A stretch of DNA of 29,190 nt, taken from contig JACOUK010000055.1 of assembly GCA_016177905.1 (NCBI GenBank), positions 1 through 29,190 on the forward strand, written 5' to 3'. Below the pieces are notes generated by a model. That model was not told the DNA's origin and searched no databases. It saw nothing but the letters and a program-made list of their open reading frames with translations. Shown one piece after another: positions 26,041 through 29,190 of this stretch. The DNA is from Candidatus Spechtbacteria bacterium. GTDB taxonomy: Bacteria > Patescibacteriota > Minisyncoccia > Spechtbacterales > HO2-43-30. Positions within the stretch are counted from its first letter, which is position 1, and each line of letters opens with the position of its first letter. Made by a program: the position numbers and the translations under genes.

Positions 26041-26043
26041 GCT

Positions 26044-28374
26044 TCATTTTTCAGGAATAATCACTGTCGAATTTTCGCTTTTGTTTATTTCAACGTTCAC
26101 GCGGATAAAAATGTTTCCTTCAAGCGTTGCTTCTCCGCCGCCGAAAATCGGTTTCTTTTGGTAGAGGCCAATTCCTTCCTCTGTATCTTCGATGGTATTA
26201 TTTTGTATCAGCGCTTTTGAGAGATCCTTTATCGCAACTCCAATAGTGCAATGGGACATTGTGTTGTCTCTAATATCTACGATTGAGTTTTCGCCTACGC
26301 TTATGCATTTATCTCCTGCATCGGTAATTTTATTTTCTGAAATCGTTGTGTCGCGAGTCATGGAAATATCAACGCCATCGCCTCCGATTGTTTTATCGAG
26401 CCCTATCTGTGAGAATGTATTTCCTTCGATCAAAAAATGATTTGGCGCGTCGAGATCAATCGCGTCGCCAGCGCCTCGGGCAAAGCTGGAGTTTACGATA
26501 CTGCCGTCTACGCCATATTTTATATTTACGATATCGTCGTCAGAGTCGTCATAAAATTGAGAATCCACGATGTGAATTTCGGTATTGTGCGCGGAGAGCG
26601 ATCCGGTAAATACGACCCCATTGATGCGGTCTGAAGATGAACCTCCAATCGTCACGACATTGGAAATGTCGCTTCTTTCTTTTGTATTGATTATAGCGAT
26701 CGAACCCCAATTTTTCCCAGGCTCAAGGCGCGCAAAAAGAATAGGATTTTGAGGAGTTCCAAGCGCTTGTATCGGACTATACGAGACAAAGGAAATTTTC
26801 GGCCCAAGATATATTTTAGTTCCCGCCTGTACAGTAAGCTCCGATCCTTGAGGAATAATAATGTTTTTTCGGAACACGTATTCTCCAGAAGGAAGGGTAA
26901 GGTTTCGTCCAAGGAGTCGGAATTGGGGATGGGTTTTGACAAATTCGCTTGGCGAAAGAGAAATATCCGAAAGATGTTCAAATGGCGGAGGGAATGAAAA
27001 ATTTTTGAGCTCTTCTTCATCTTGAGCTTCAGCAGTTTCCCCAGCGGGAGGATTTTTTACATTGAGAAGATTTTGCGCGACTCCATAGTTCTCTTGCATC
27101 CATGTTCGTATTTCCTTGATTCTGCGGTCTACTTCAAAGTCGTTTCGATATTTTGTCTGATCTTTATAAAATTCTGGTTTCAAGCGAGCGTACAAAGAAT
27201 CATACAATGCCAAATCTTCTTTCAGATTCTCCGCGCTTGCGATACCTGCGAGCGTTTGTAAGTATTCTTTGTAGAAATTTTGCGAGGAAAGGAGTCTTCT
27301 TGTAATGGGATCAGAATCATCGTAGGGAGTTTCTGTGTTTTTATAATGGGAGTCGTATGCGTGGATATCCTCAAGAAGAGGTTCAAATTTTCCTGTCGCG
27401 CTGTTGAAGAAAAGATTGAGGCTGGTTTTGAGCGAGTGGGAATCCCCCGCAAGGATGTTGATTGCGATTGCCTTATACCAGAGATCTACATCAAGAATAT
27501 TTCCGATGTGTTTGCGAAAGAACGCATCGTCGGGATTTTTAAGGATTTTAAATAAAGTTTCAAGTTCGCTGAACGCGGTATTTTTTTTGTCGATATCTCT
27601 TTCCCAGAGATTGTAAAAATCAATGCCGGAGTTAAAAGCGGGAGTATCCGGAGAGGGACTTGCGCTTTGGGAAAAAATTTCGCTCTCTGGTTGTCTCCCC
27701 TCCTTTTCAATCCAGCCCGCAGAAAAACGTTCTTTTACAAGGTAGACGCCGGCACTTTGCTGATCGATTTTTACCCACGCGAAAAACATATGCGGCGTAA
27801 GCAATCCCGCGCGCGTAAGGCGCAGGTTGTTTACGATTTCAGCGAGGTACGCGCGATCATTTGGGATGATAAGATCTATTCCTCCCATTGTTTGGAAGAG
27901 TTTTTTCTGCGGGAACTGGACAAGCAATGAGCGCTGGGCATGGATCCAGTGGTCGTTGACCGCGCCTCGATAGCGGACGTTCACTTTTTCTTTATAGTCT
28001 TCAGATTCAAAAAGCGCTGGAACGAATATTTTATTTTCAGCTTCGAGGTTATCACTAAAAAGATTTTTCGGAAGACTGCGATCCATAATCGCGAGATCCT
28101 TTGGATTGATAGTGATTTGAAATACGGGAAGTTTTGACTTGTAAAACCAGTAGGGGAAGTGGACAATATTCAGGGATTTTTGGAATGAAACGCGGGCATG
28201 CCAGAGATTGAGCGCAACATCCTTGAAAGAGGACTCTTCTAAGAACCCCATGATTTTTAGGACGTCGTTATATGACGGGCGATAAAACGTGAGCGGTATG
28301 CCGATGAGAACACAAATAATTGTTATGCCAGCGTATTTCCATTTTTTCTTGAGAAATTGAAAGACGAGGTTCAT
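26044..28374 (-). CDS. Membrane-anchored CotH-family kinase fused to a C-terminal right-handed beta-helix
   Basis: N-terminal TM (AGITIICVLIGIPLTF); VRYRG, AEIV..L..AGLLTP, AGVYLVKE, AINILAGD..SLNLFFN..GKFEPLLED; then repeats GDAIDLD, GDGVDIS, GDKCISVGE, GVAIKD. Confidence 0.78.
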   Translation of the reverse strand: MNLVFQFLKKKWKYAGITIICVLIGIPLTFYRPSYNDVLKIMGFLEESSFKDVALNLWHARVSFQKSLNIVHFPYWFYKSKLPVFQITINPKDLAIMDRSLPKNLFSDNLEAENKIFVPALFESEDYKEKVNVRYRGAVNDHWIHAQRSLLVQFPQKKLFQTMGGIDLIIPNDRAYLAEIVNNLRLTRAGLLTPHMFFAWVKIDQQSAGVYLVKERFSAGWIEKEGRQPESEIFSQSASPSPDTPAFNSGIDFYNLWERDIDKKNTAFSELETLFKILKNPDDAFFRKHIGNILDVDLWYKAIAINILAGDSHSLKTSLNLFFNSATGKFEPLLEDIHAYDSHYKNTETPYDDSDPITRRLLSSQNFYKEYLQTLAGIASAENLKEDLALYDSLYARLKPEFYKDQTKYRNDFEVDRRIKEIRTWMQENYGVAQNLLNVKNPPAGETAEAQDEEELKNFSFPPPFEHLSDISLSPSEFVKTHPQFRLLGRNLTLPSGEYVFRKNIIIPQGSELTVQAGTKIYLGPKISFVSYSPIQALGTPQNPILFARLEPGKNWGSIAIINTKERSDISNVVTIGGSSSDRINGVVFTGSLSAHNTEIHIVDSQFYDDSDDDIVNIKYGVDGSIVNSSFARGAGDAIDLDAPNHFLIEGNTFSQIGLDKTIGGDGVDISMTRDTTISENKITDAGDKCISVGENSIVDIRDNTMSHCTIGVAIKDLSKALIQNNTIEDTEEGIGLYQKKPIFGGGEATLEGNIFIRVNVEINKSENSTVIIPEK

Positions 28375-28382
28375 GAATGCAG

Positions 28383-29189
28383 TTAGTGAGCTTTAAGTTC
28401 TTCTTTTACCATAAGCTTTACGAGTTGCGCGAATGTTGTTTTCGGGCTCCAGTGAAGTTCTTTTTTTGCTTTTGAATAATCTCCGACAAGTGAATCAACT
28501 TCGGTTGGCCGGAAGTAGTAAGGGTCAATCACAATAATTGTCTTGCCATTTTGCTGGTTCACACCCTTTTCGTTGATGCCTTTTCCGCGCCATGCAATGT
28601 GTATACCTAACTCCTTGAATGCAAGTTCCGCAAATTCTTTTACAGTGTGGGTTTCGCCGGTCGCGATAACATAATCCTTCGGGGTTTTCTGCTGAAGCAT
28701 GCGCCACATGGCTTCGACGTATTCTTTCGCGTACCCCCAATCTCTTTTTGCGTGGAGATTCCCCAAGTATATGCGATCTCTTTTTCCCGCGGCAATTTCG
28801 ATTGCTCCCTGGACTATCTTTCTTGTGACAAAACTCTCTCCGCGTCTGGGAGATTCATGATTGAACAATATTCCAGAACAGGCAAACATATTGTATGCTT
28901 CCCGGTAATTTCGCGTCATCAAGTGCGCGTATAATTTTGCGACGCCATAAGGGCTCCGAGGGGAGAAAGGAGTCTCTTCGGTTTGGGGAAAGTGGGGCGG
29001 GTTGCCAAACAATTCGCTTGTGGAGGCTTGATAGAATTTTGTTTTTCCGCTCAATCCGGCAATCCGAATAGCTTCAAGGATTCTCAAGACTCCAAGCGCA
29101 TCGGTATTGGCGGTGTATTCTGGCGCTTCAAAAGAGAGGCGTACATGACTTTGTGCGGCAAGATTGTATATCTCGTCAGGCCTTACTTT
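28383..29189 (-). CDS. gmd: GDP-mannose 4,6-dehydratase (5'-partial; gene continues past the window)
   Basis: Frame open to the window edge: [77 protein letters not shown]. Confidence 0.96.
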   Translation of the reverse strand, partial: KVRPDEIYNLAAQSHVRLSFEAPEYTANTDALGVLRILEAIRIAGLSGKTKFYQASTSELFGNPPHFPQTEETPFSPRSPYGVAKLYAHLMTRNYREAYNMFACSGILFNHESPRRGESFVTRKIVQGAIEIAAGKRDRIYLGNLHAKRDWGYAKEYVEAMWRMLQQKTPKDYVIATGETHTVKEFAELAFKELGIHIAWRGKGINEKGVNQQNGKTIIVIDPYYFRPTEVDSLVGDYSKAKKELHWSPKTTFAQLVKLMVKEELKAH

Positions 29190-29190
29190 G

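Overview
The window has three parts. (1) The 3' two-thirds of a divergent bacterial 23S rRNA (5'-truncated, starting near E. coli position 820) is interrupted at position L2593 by an apparently intact 751-nt group I intron encoding an I-CreI-like single-motif LAGLIDADG endonuclease, and is followed by 5S rRNA. (2) A membrane-anchored hypothetical gene and rodA come next. (3) A ~24 kb surface-glycan locus runs off the right edge. It contains two nonulosonic-acid routes: neuB/neuC/CBS plus a distant cupin-NeuA-Gfo/Idh/MocA-SDR block, and a pseudaminic-acid-type pseB-pseC-spsF/pseF-pseH-pseI block carrying a HisH/HisF-like/amidotransferase/methylase modification cassette. The locus also has two candidate nonulosonyl transferases, an EamA transporter, a Wzx flippase, a DUF4956-VTC-CotH trio and a partial gmd. 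The rRNA intron, divergent 23S helices and scarcity of Shine-Dalgarno sites suggest a Patescibacteria/CPR (Parcubacteria-like) organism using code 11 (inference, not a database result). Best leads: the VTC + DUF4956 + CotH/beta-helix module coupled to the flippase, a HAD + NUDIX pair sitting where the missing pseG hydrolase is expected, and a candidate nonulosonate epimerisation cassette without its usual leg genes in view. All product calls come from motif recognition by eye.
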